Source: Lama glama
Taxonomy: Eukaryota
Direction: 5' to 3'
Assembly: GCA_028534125.1 (NCBI GenBank)
Contig: CM052816.1
Location: 46,998,001-47,062,000, forward strand
Length of the DNA stretch: 64,000 nucleotides
This document shows positions 1 to 9,896 of the stretch, piece after piece (position 1 is the first letter of the stretch; each line of letters starts with the position of its first letter). The notes beneath the pieces were generated by a model that was given only the letters and a program-made list of their open reading frames with translations, searched no databases and was not told the origin of the DNA. The position numbers were made by a program, and so were the translations under genes.

Positions 1-384
1 CATACTTTATGAATATATAAAAAATTCACTTATTTTGCTCCAGGGTTTTAATACATAGACTTTATAGAAAGTATTGAAAATACAAATAAATAAAAAGAGT
101 TGAATCTTACAACTCATACATATCACTCTCAACATTAGTGTGCAGAATATATTCTGGAAATAGTTTAAAATTTATTTTAATTTTTACAAAATTAAACCAT
201 ATTATTTTGTAATTTGATACTTAATTTATTGTAAATGTCATTCCATGTTGATAAATATTGACTTATGTTATTATTTTCTAAAGGTGCATAATATTTCATT
301 TAAAAACTATGTCATAATTTATTTTGCACAATGCCCTAGTGCTAGGTATTAGATGGAGTGAAATCTTTTAACCACATAAATTAT

Positions 385-457
385 TAATTAAACAAATATT
401 GAATCCCTATGGTATGCCAGACACTATATTTGGCACTGAAGAAACAAAGTTAAAAAA
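385..457 (-). mobile_element. L2 3'-end fragment
   Basis: 'aacaaatattgaatccctatggtatgccagacactat...ggcactg' resembles the reverse complement of the L2 terminus. Confidence 0.55.
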
Positions 458-508
458 ACACACATACACAGACACACAGACACAGACACAGACACATACA
501 CACACACA
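458..508. repeat. Compound (CA)n/(CAGACA)n microsatellite
   Basis: Directly visible. Confidence 0.95.
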
Positions 509-3500
509 GTGCAGGTTCCTGTCTGATATATGGCTTAATGTAGTCATGAACATTTTTGTTCAAATATTTTTGCACCATTTGAATTGTTTCTTTTGAATAT
601 ATTCCTAAAAATGAAAAACACTTTTAAAAAGTAATTTTTAGAAATCCTGTTAAGTTCTCCTACAAAATTATTGTGACATTTTACATTTTCACTTGCACTA
701 TGTCATATAACTATATGTTAAGACCAGGTATCATTGCTCTTTTCAATCTTTGATAATCTGATAGATGAAAAATGATTTGTCACAGCTGTTTATCGTAGTA
801 TTTCAATTATTACTAGTGATTGTAACTACTTGTTCATATGCTTATTGAATGTTTGTATTTCTTCTTTTATGAATTGTAATGTTCTTTGCACATGTTTTTC
901 TCATTGAGGTGTCTGATTTCTCATCCTTTACAATTGCTTTTTAAATTTAAACAATGCAACACAACAGTGGTTACAAGTAGAGGTCATATGTGTAAAAATA
1001 TTAAAAACTTTTTGATATGTAAATAATTGTAAGCCTTTAAATTTGAAGTCTATCTACAAGAATAATAATGATTCAATTTGAATATTTTCCTAAATTGTTC
1101 AACAGTATCTGCATAGATATTCTTATACTGGAGGACTCAATATAAGGCGCCAATCTAGGAATAGGTCAAATGCTTATTTAGAGGTAAATATAAAACAAAT
1201 ATAACATGTTGAAAGACAGAAGGAATGGGCCTTCAGTGGTTGTTGAATTGCTAATGGGTTATAGATAGTCTCCCGGTTCAAAAGTGGTAGTATTGGCCAT
1301 GAGAAATAGTCATTGCTATCTGCCAGCTGTTAGATTATACAAAGTGATGTTGAGAACTTGGAATAATTCTTAATGTGAGTGGAACAAAAGTCACCAATGC
1401 AATTAGCACCCTTGTGGGCAATCTTAAGAGAAAAGCTAAAGATTGAGTGATTGTGGAGTATAAAGTACATTTTCACCTACAGGACAAACTGGTATGGAAA
1501 CATAGACTTCCTTAGATTAGACTCTACTTGGTGAATAGGGAACTGATTTCAATTTCTAGGGCCACTAATCTCCTACCTTTTGTGGGTAGTAAATTATCTT
1601 TAAATTAAGACAAACAAACAGTATACCTGTCAGACTGTGTGTCAGAATAAACACAGGCTGCCAACAACTAGTAATTAGGACCTCTAACCCGAACTACTTA
1701 AATGGCTTTGGCAAGTAGAGGACCATAAAACCAATTTTCATTTTCAAGGAGGAAAATAACTTTTAATCAAGAATCTGAAAAAAAATGACATACTTTTTCA
1801 TTTTTCTTACAAGCAGACAATCACATTGAGTTTCTTTAACCACAACATTTTCATGCATAAACTGAGTGATGTCTCTTCTGTGTGTGCCACCTTTGGGGGT
1901 TGTTTTTGTTCTTATTTTTGTTCTAATGTTTCATACCCAAATTAAGAGTAGTGTTTTAAAGGTGGAAGCACAATCATTCCTGACTTTCAGTACATGTGGG
2001 ATCAGTCACACCACATTTCAAACCATCTTAATTGTCGACTTGAAGGAGCAGTGTCTTGGGAATGTTTTGCTGGTCCTCTACCCAGCATGTTCTGGTGGAA
2101 AGGGCCTTTAACCTTTGACCCAGGGGAAGCCACCAACCACAAAAGTGCCAGCATGAAGGAGTGGTGGAAATCATTTGAGCTACTGGATTTATTATTGTTA
2201 TTGTTCTGACCATTTGCATTGGATAGGGGGAGGCCATTTAAATTTTTCCCGTGCTGTCATTTTAAAAAAAGTAAGAAAATAAACAAAGGCTATGGTAGGG
2301 CGGCAGTTGAGACCATTTGTGTAGCACATGTTGGGATCGAAAACTTGTCTTCAACTTGAGTCATATAACACAAAATTCCAGAAGTACTCTGGCTGCAGGC
2401 ACAACGGGATTTAGGGATCAAAATGGTTTCATTAAGATTTTGTTTCTCTTTCCCAGATTTTTATCCTCTTTCAGCTGTTTTCACAGGCAGCCGCTATCCT
2501 ATTTCCTTTCAGAACTTCAGCCTTTGCTCTGACGGGACTGGCTTAATTGCGATGCTCATTACTGAATCAAAATGGGCGTCAGGGAAATACTTGACTGAAC
2601 CTGGGCCATGTGACTTTGGTCACACAGTCAGAAGGGACAAGTGTCTTCCAGTCCACAAGGAAGTGAAGTAGGGGTTGCAAGAATATCCACATAAGCGGAT
2701 ATTAAAAGATGGGAGAATCGATGTTGTAGAGGCAAACATAGCACCACCGTCTGGCGGTGTAGATTTTTCCACTACTGGGCTCTGTTCTTTTACAATTTGA
2801 GTACTCCCGAAACAAACAGACATAGCTGTAAGAATGTATTTATACCAGCTTTCTTGTCACTAATCCACAAAGAAATCAGAGATGTAGTGGCAATGATGAG
2901 GTGAGTCTAAGAGACATGGACATCTAGAAAAAATCTCGCATACATTGAGGATATTGCCTAGATCATCTCGATATCCACCAACCCTTTGTAAAAATTTTCA
3001 TGCCCAATCACTTCGGTAAAATATAGTTCACTCTTTTGAAAGACTACTGAAATCTGAATGGACATGAATATTATTATTTTGCAGAACCACCTTCAATCAA
3101 TTAGCTGTCCTAGGAGACCTGCATTTTTTTTTTTGGTCCATGTATTTAAGGAGGATAAAGTTTATAAATGAGAGTGGTCCTTTTATTTCCTGAAGAATAC
3201 CCAGTTGTAGCTATAGGATTACTTTGGAAGCCATTAGAAAATTTATGTAAAAAATACCAAAAAGATCATCTATATCCTTCTTAAAACATCAGTAGATTTT
3301 GATGATAACCCTCAAGATTTATCGGTTTCTTACAAAATGGGGAATGACATTCCAAATATATTTCTGGTTAAGAAATACTGCAGTTACAAATATTATCTAC
3401 AAGGTGTTCTGGAATGGCCTATTATTTTAGTACTTTTATTTCAATACTTTTAGCGACCCTAACTTAATGCTACTGATTAAAAATTTTCAGTTTTGTGTAA

Positions 3501-3954
3501 TTTTCAGGATAAGAGGGCAAAATTTTAGTTACCTAAGATATAAAATATTTACTATGAGCAAGAGAAGTCAACCAGACATAAAATAACACAGCAGGAAATC
3601 TGGGAGTTCTCTGCTATGATTACTTCTATTCTTAGTGAAAAATTGAGGGGAAAAAGACAAATTGTTAAATGAGAGCTGTCTTTTGGAAACTAATTTTTAA
3701 AAAAGAAGTTGAGATTTTAGCATTATTCCTAAGCCACAAAGATCTCTGGGTGGGTGAAGTGGGTGTGTATACACTACTGGAGAATGGAGAGAGGAAATGG
3801 AAAGATATGAAAAGATAGTTAGATTTCTTCTACATTAGTATTGGAATATAAAATGATTATTCCAGATTACTAATAGTTGTTTTGACTACTCTCTGCACCA
3901 AAGCTATAACAAAAGTTAAAATCACACTTCAAACTAATTCCTGCTGTTGGGATG

Positions 3955-4240
3955 AGCGATTCGGGGATCTGGGCTCCTTTCATCTTGTGGACTCCACCAT
4001 CTTCAAGGCTGTGAGAATATCATGCTCATCTGAATAAATCCAGCAGAATGAAAAAACATGGAAGATGGGACTTGAAAGGTTTCTATGGACCGTTTCTGGA
4101 AGGTCACATGCACCAATCACATTCCACTGGCTAGAACCCCATCAAGGGCCACATCTAACTGCACGGCAAGATCAAGGACCAAAGAAGGCAAGATGTGCTC
4201 GAGGAACTGTCAACCTGTCTCTGCCACACCAAGAAGTTAA
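3955..4240 (-). mobile_element. Old MaLR LTR fragment (MLT1J/K-like)
   Basis: 'gggctcctttcatcttgtggactccaccatc' and 'tcacattccactggctagaac...ggccacatctaactgca' match recalled antisense MLT1 motifs. Confidence 0.65.
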
Positions 4241-5189
4241 CAACAGAAAAGACTGACATCAACGCAATGTAAGAAATTATGGTACAAAAAGGGAATACTG
4301 TATGTATACTTTTAAAATGGTTTATATTGTACAACTGGGCTGGCAAAAAAAGAGATGAATGTAATTTTGAAATAATTAAATCTGAATGGAAAATGGTGTG
4401 TTTGAGGAGTTTTGTAGAAGAGGAGTGGAGAAAAGGCAGCCGGGCATAGATGGGAAGATGGTGCTGTATTTTGGAGAACAGCCTAAGGATATCCTTGGAG
4501 TTGTAACAGTTCACTAACCTTTACAGGAGTGGAGTCATCGGAGAGTAAAGGGATGTGAAGAGGATTACATAAGCAGCAATCAATTAGCTTTCATTCCAAT
4601 TGGTCATCTGAAGTCAAAGCAATCATTCTGAAGCACATGAGACTGAGCTACAATAGCTCAATTGTTGGTGAAATTTTAAGAGTTTACTTTATATCCATAC
4701 AAAATATATCCATACCAAAATTATGCACTCAGTGTGAGTCTTACTAGGGAACTTTATAGCCTTAATCCTTTACTCACTTATAGCTTTCTGTATATACAAA
4801 ACAGTTAACAGAATCGTGGTTAGCTACTTGTATTAACCCCTTGTATATACTAAAAAAAGTGATTTAAGGAGGGGTGGGGAGCAATTGAAATTTCACCTGT
4901 GTAAGGTAGATGACTCAATTTGTTGTTTCTTTGCAAATTTATCTATATCTACCAATGTATGTCAAGGACCCTGGGTTTGTTATGATAAACTGAGTTATTG
5001 CAAAGTGAAGTTTTCATTGTACAGCTGCCTTTTATTTTCTTTCCTTATTTCTTTGTAAATTACAATTTCCAAAATAAGATTTTTGTGCTTTTGTAATGTG
5101 GCCATTTGGGTCATATTTACTTATGTTGTATTTATTTGTCCTGGTGAGTGGTTTCTGTTCAGAGAAACATTTTAGGCAAATTAATGTTG

Positions 5190-5430
5190 AAGAACTTAAT
5201 CTGTGGAGTCATACAGATTTAAGTCTGGACGTTAGGAAAGTCACTTACCAGGGTTGTAACCTTGGGCAAATTGTTTGACCTCCCTAAGCCTTAGTTTGCT
5301 CATTTGTAAAATGGGGACAATACTATTCAACCCAAAGGTTGTTGTGAAGGTTAAAAAAAAGTGATATATAAGAAAAGCTCTTTGCAAAGTGTCTGGCATA
5401 TAGCAAACCTCCAAGAAAGGATAGGAAGTA
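5190..5430 (+). mobile_element. MIR SINE
   Basis: MIR core 'accttgggcaaattgtttgacctccctaagccttagtttgctcatttgtaaaatgggga' plus tail 'gtgtctggcatatag'. Confidence 0.9.
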
Positions 5431-5599
5431 TTAGAATTATGAATTTTGTGAGAATTATATGGAGAATGAATATTAATTCTCAATAACATGCACAGTTTAC
5501 GTGTAATAAAAGTTTCAGTGACTGCTGTTTTATTGAGCCCACAATGATAGAGGTTTACACATCTTAAGGCCATCAAATATTGGATAGACCAATGGCTGG

Positions 5600-5740
5600 T
5601 CCCTTTCTTTTTTTCTTTCTTTTCTTTTCTATTCTTTTCTTTCTTTTCTATCTTTTTCTCTCTTTCTCTCTCTGTCTTCCTCCCTCTCCCTCTCTCTTTC
5701 CCACCCTCCCTCTCTTTCCTTACCCACTCCCTTCCCTTTC
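5600..5740. repeat. Polypyrimidine/polypurine low-complexity tract
   Basis: About 140 bp almost exclusively C/T on the + strand. Confidence 0.9.
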
Positions 5741-5784
5741 GTTAACCTCTTAGAAGTTCTTGTTTTACTTTATCCTATGTTTTG

Positions 5785-6092
5785 AGGAGAGGCAGACTGC
5801 CACATGCAGTGCATCATTTGGATGTGTCTGGAGTCTTGGATGCTTGACTACCCTATGTTTTCATACAAATAGACCTTGAGAGCGTGTTTGGAGGTTTTAG
5901 CAGGGGACCACAGCTACTCATACACCTTTGACTGAAGAACAACTGTCCTTCATCAGGGAAGGTCGTCCTCATCCACCGAGTGCAGCTTCGGGAGGCATGC
6001 CCAGGGAGCGCTGACTAACAGGCCAGATTAGCCGAATCAACCCCAGTGATCAATGGAGTGACAGATGTTGCAGTCAGATCAGCCTCACATCC
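5785..6092 (-). pseudogene. RN7SK: 7SK snRNA processed pseudogene (near full length, ~20-nt internal deletion)
   Basis: Minus strand begins GGATGTGAGGCTGATCTGACTGCAACATCTGTCACTCCATTGATCAC and ends CCAAGACTCCAGACACATCCAAATGATGCACTGCATGTGGCAGTCTGCCT, colinear with 7SK. It is flanked by direct repeats agaagttcttgtttta (5752-5767) and agaaattcttgtttta (6093-6108). Confidence 0.96.
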
Positions 6093-6888
6093 AGAAATTC
6101 TTGTTTTAAAAAATCTTGGGAGGAAGCCAAATGCCTTAAATAGGTGAAAGCAGAGGTTCTGTGGGTTGTGGGGAGGCCTGGTACCCAGAACTTCGTCAGC
6201 TCAGTCACTCCTCTTTCCCCTCATCCCTTAACAGCCTGTGAAAGCCACCAAAGAAAGCTCAGTGTGTTTCTGGAAGGATTTGAAAACTAGTTCTCAATTC
6301 TCTTCTATTCAGTCAAAAAAACTGAACCCCAAAACCTGAGTTTTCTAGTCCTGAAATTGGTTGGTGGGAGAACCCAGTGAACTCCAAGGGTAATGGCCTT
6401 TGTATTATGCCAGATTACCTGATGAATCCCTTACCTGAAATACCTGATGGGGAGAGGAAGCATCTGAAGCATTAAAATATCCATCCAAAAACGACCTCTA
6501 AAGCTGTGTACTTGGACAAGAGGAAATTCACAGCCTGTACCTTAGCATCACCTAGCAGTTCAGGAAACTTTATTGTCCACAGGATGGCTTTCAGTATTTG
6601 CATCAAACCCCAGATGATGAGCATAGAGGTGAGATGCTGTCTAAAAAGGGAAGGTTCTGGAGGGCAGTTAAAGAACTCAGAGCAGGGTTCTTTTGGGGGA
6701 ACTACTGCCATAGCGCTCATTGATTTCTAGGTTGAGAGAAGGAACTTAGTTCAATATAGATTTCTTAGTACTCCCAGGTTAGAACTAGCTAGAGCCTACC
6801 AAGAAAATGTATTCAACATAAAAATTTTAGGACAACCAAATTTCCAATTCAGGTTACTTTTTATAATGAAAAAAAAAAAAGAATAAAG

Positions 6889-7070
6889 ACATGAGGAGAG
6901 GCTAAAATAGTAAACATCTCTTCAGACTGGAGAGGCAAAAGCTAAGAGATGGTATGACTGAAGCTCATAAAATCATGAAGGCTATAGACCAAGTGAACAT
7001 AGATTGTACGCTGATCCAAATGAGAGAAACTCTTCAAGCCTGAACCAAAAGAATTTAAGATTGATCAAGG
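6889..7070 (+). mobile_element. CR1/L3 LINE fossil, ORF2 C-terminal part 1
   Basis: With one frameshift it reads HEERLK...HLFRLERQKLRDGMTEAHKIMKAIDQVN, matching the CR1 ORF2 C-terminal motif YEERL..L.LFSLE.RRLRGD.I..YKI.KG. Confidence 0.75.
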
Positions 7071-7586
7071 TAAAACAAATATACCTTTCCTGGTTGTAGT
7101 TTGACCAAAACATTTTGAGAAGGTGCTCAAGTTTTGTGACGTAGTGTTACATACTGATTTTCTACTTTTATCTGAGTGTCTCTGATTTATACTCACAGAA
7201 CAAACAGAGTTGTGATTTGAGTTCCCCAGTTAGCACAGGTGATTCAATGTACCTGGACAATAAGAATGATTTTGTTGAGAATTTGAGAGCACGCGAGTCC
7301 TGTTGCTGTACACTGTACCACACTCTGCTTGGTCATTTGGAGAGGCATCGCACCCTACGTAAAATGCATCCAAATAGCTGCTGACTTCCAAAGCTAACCC
7401 TTTTAAAATTCTTGCTCACTTCTTCTGATTAGGTCAAGAAGAAAGTCCCAGTTTGCTGTTAATGTGTCTTTAATGCCTAACACTTGCTAATATCCCCTTT
7501 GACAGAGAATAGGAGTTCAGTAAACAACCCAGCCTCTGATGAACCTAGGGGTGGGTCTGACAAGCCTCAACAACAGAACGGAGGAG

Positions 7587-7742
7587 TGGGGAGAGAAGGT
7601 ATAGCTCAGTGGTAGAGTATGTGCTTAGCATGCCTGAGATCTTGAGTTCAATCCCTAGTTCCTCCATTAAAATAAGTAGATAGATAAATAAACCTAATTA
7701 CCTCCCTTTGTCCCCCAAAAAGTCAAACAACAACAACAACAA
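7587..7742 (+). mobile_element. tRNA-derived SINE (camelid Vic-1 type)
   Basis: A box 'tagctcagtggtagag', B box 'gagttcaatccc', body 'ataaataaacctaattacctccc', A/CAA tail, and direct repeat caacaacagaacgga at 7568-7582 and 7743-7757. Confidence 0.9.
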
Positions 7743-7844
7743 CAACAACAGAACGGAAGTCATTTGAACTGGCGCTGGAGAAGACCGGAGATGTTTGCAA
7801 GAGTAGATGGGGAATCCACAAATCCAAGGTGCTTTCCTTGTTAG

Positions 7845-8073
7845 TTTACTCAAAAAGTAGTGTCTGTGTGGAACTTAATACCACGAAAACCTAAAATACA
7901 GGCTTCAAGAAAGGCTGATCTAAATTTACAGATGTTGGAAAAATATCGCTAACCTTTTGTGTTTTTACATGATGGATGACCACGATCATGTGACGTGGCC
8001 CTTTATACCCCTAGAAGAGACAGAGTATTGGATGGACCAGGGCTCAGACCCACTAGACTAATTCTTGTGCTTT
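7845..8073 (+). mobile_element. CR1/L3 LINE fossil, part 2 (ORF2 end and 3' terminus)
   Basis: Reads FTQKVVSVWNLIP (CR1 consensus FFTQRVVN.WNSLP), then 'ggcttcaagaaaggctga' and a CR1-type end 'gatggaccagggctcagacccactagactaattcttgtgcttt'. Confidence 0.75.
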
Positions 8074-8507
8074 TAAGTAAAAATCCTCTATTTCTTTGAA
8101 AAGACCTCTTTTAAATTGCAGATGAAGCTGGTCTGGGGAAAGGTGTCCCTAAAGAGACAGTAACCTAAGTGCCCATGTTAGTACTATCTTACTGTGTGCA
8201 CAGGATAAATCTAATGCAGATTGAACTAATCTAAAGTTCAACATCTGTTTCAAAGTGGAACATTTGAAATGCAATGCAAAGAAGGACTTTCAAGCTCAGC
8301 TTTTATTCTGAACAATGAATTGCAGTAGTCAGTTTCCAGTTTTTGAGTCTATAAATTCCCTCGGCTAGCCCCAATAAAAATCCCATAAAGTAGCATTACA
8401 ATTTGATGAACATTTTATAGGTTTCACTTTGTTTTTAAAAAGAACCATTGTATATAATTTTACAAATTTTTGAATTTAGTAATATTGAATATCACTAACA
8501 TTGAATA

Positions 8508-8766
8508 CCATGGTTAAGAGCTTGTACTTCAGAGGTGGACAGATTTGAGATAAAATTTCTCATCTGCTACAGAGCGACTTTGGGCAAGTTATTTAGACTC
8601 TCTAGATTTCAGATCCTTTTTTCTATAAAATAGGATACGAATAATATTTATCACACAGGTAGCATTAGTGAATTAATGCTTGTTGGGTGCATTAAACAAA
8701 ATAATTTTAATAAGCTCTTACACAACACCTGGCAAAGAGTGAGGGGTCAAACATATTAACTATAAT
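8508..8766 (+). mobile_element. MIR SINE
   Basis: 'catggttaagagc', 'gactttgggcaagttattta', 'tataaaatagga', 'acacctggca'. Confidence 0.85.
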
Positions 8767-8981
8767 GCATAATCATAGCTGCAGCTTTATTCAGCGCTGA
8801 CCTTTTGATTTAATAGCTTTGTTTATAGAACACAAACATTCAGGTTAAACACATGTTTAAAAAGTATCTCTTGATGTTTTCAAACATGCAAATGTTTGGC
8901 ACAATGAAAATAAGGGTAAAAGAAGTAAAAGCAAGAATTTTCACCTTTTTCCTGAAAATTTTGATTTTTCAACACCCAAGA

Positions 8982-9623
8982 TGATGCAGGAAGACGAATG
9001 TGGGGCGTGAGGAGGGCCATATCCCAGGTCTCAGGCGAGCCCCCTGGGGTGTGCCCCGCCAGGTGTGGGTCCTTGGCTTTGTGCAGGAAATCTTCAAGTG
9101 CGAGCCACCATCGAGTAAAGATGGCTTTATTTAGAGAGATACATACCACAACAGAGTGTAAGGCAAGAGAAAGGCAAGGAAAGGTGTGGGAATTGGGTGC
9201 TCAGGTTAAAGTAAAAGTACATACACACTCCATAGACAGAGTGCGGGCAGTCTCCGAAGGGGAGGGAGTGAGAAGGGCCTCTCAGCGTGGTGTTGTCAGT
9301 TTTTAATGGTCTCAGTAGCTTCACAGGCCTGCAGGTGGGACCATTTCAATTGCCCGGGGGTAAGGGCTGACATTCCCAGGAATTGGGCCACCGCCCATCC
9401 TTTGGCCTTTTGCGGGTAGCCTTGGGGCTGTCATGGCACCTGTGGGCATGTTATTTGATCGCTTTGTTACAATGAGCATATAATGAAGCTCAAGTTCTGC
9501 TAGAAGTCAAACCTCTTAATCCTCAAGGCCAACTAGGAGATGAATCTTCCACCATTTTTGTGAATCTTCCACCATTTTGGTGTTAAATAGGGGCTGTGCC
9601 CTGCCCCCTTCCCTGCTGTCTCA
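8982..9623 (-). mobile_element. ERV1 solo LTR, MER41-like
   Basis: TG...CA termini; minus-strand AATAAA at 9126-9131; blocks 'tccttggctttgtgcaggaaatcttcaag', 'actccatagacagag', 'ctgtcatggcacctgtggg' and 'gcatataatgaag' are colinear with the recalled MER41 consensus. Confidence 0.8.
9541..9580. repeat. 20-bp tandem duplication inside the LTR
   Basis: tgaatcttccaccatttttg / tgaatcttccaccattttgg. Confidence 0.95.
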
Positions 9624-9789
9624 ATAACAAGGGCTGTATGAACTGCATCAGTCTTAGTCTTTATTCTTTTGAATTTTCTCAACACCTTCTCTGCCCTGAG
9701 ATGTGTTCTCCTCCCCACGCCCCTGAGAGGATGGAATGTTTAGAACCCAAGGGCGGAGCTCATCTGCTAGCAGTCCTCACCAACCTCAG

Positions 9790-9896
9790 CACATTTTACA
9801 AGGAGGCAACAAAAGCCCAGAGCAGGTCAGTGATTTGCTCAAGTTCAACTGAGTCTGAATTTAAACTCTGCTTCTTACATTCATTCCATTCCATTG
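9790..9896 (-). mobile_element. MIR fragment
   Basis: 'attttacaaggaggcaacaaaagcccagagcaggtcagtgatttgctcaagttca' is an antisense MIR core. Confidence 0.7.

Larger units (their letters stand above)
60..930 (-). mobile_element. Ancient L1 (L1ME-like) 3' fragment, interrupted by an L2 fragment and a microsatellite
   Basis: Degenerate antisense L1 3'-region phrases such as 'atgaacatttttgttcaaatattt', 'gataatctgatagatgaaaaatga' and 'ttcatatgcttattgaatgtttgtatttcttc'. Confidence 0.6.

Noticed and set aside
2739..2762. CTCF site or palindrome caccgtctggcggtg
   Set aside because: Both possible alignments mismatch core CTCF positions, and the short inverted arms are within chance.
7595..7667. Functional tRNA gene
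   Set aside because: The A and B boxes belong to a SINE head followed by a SINE body, tail and TSD; the cloverleaf is degenerate.
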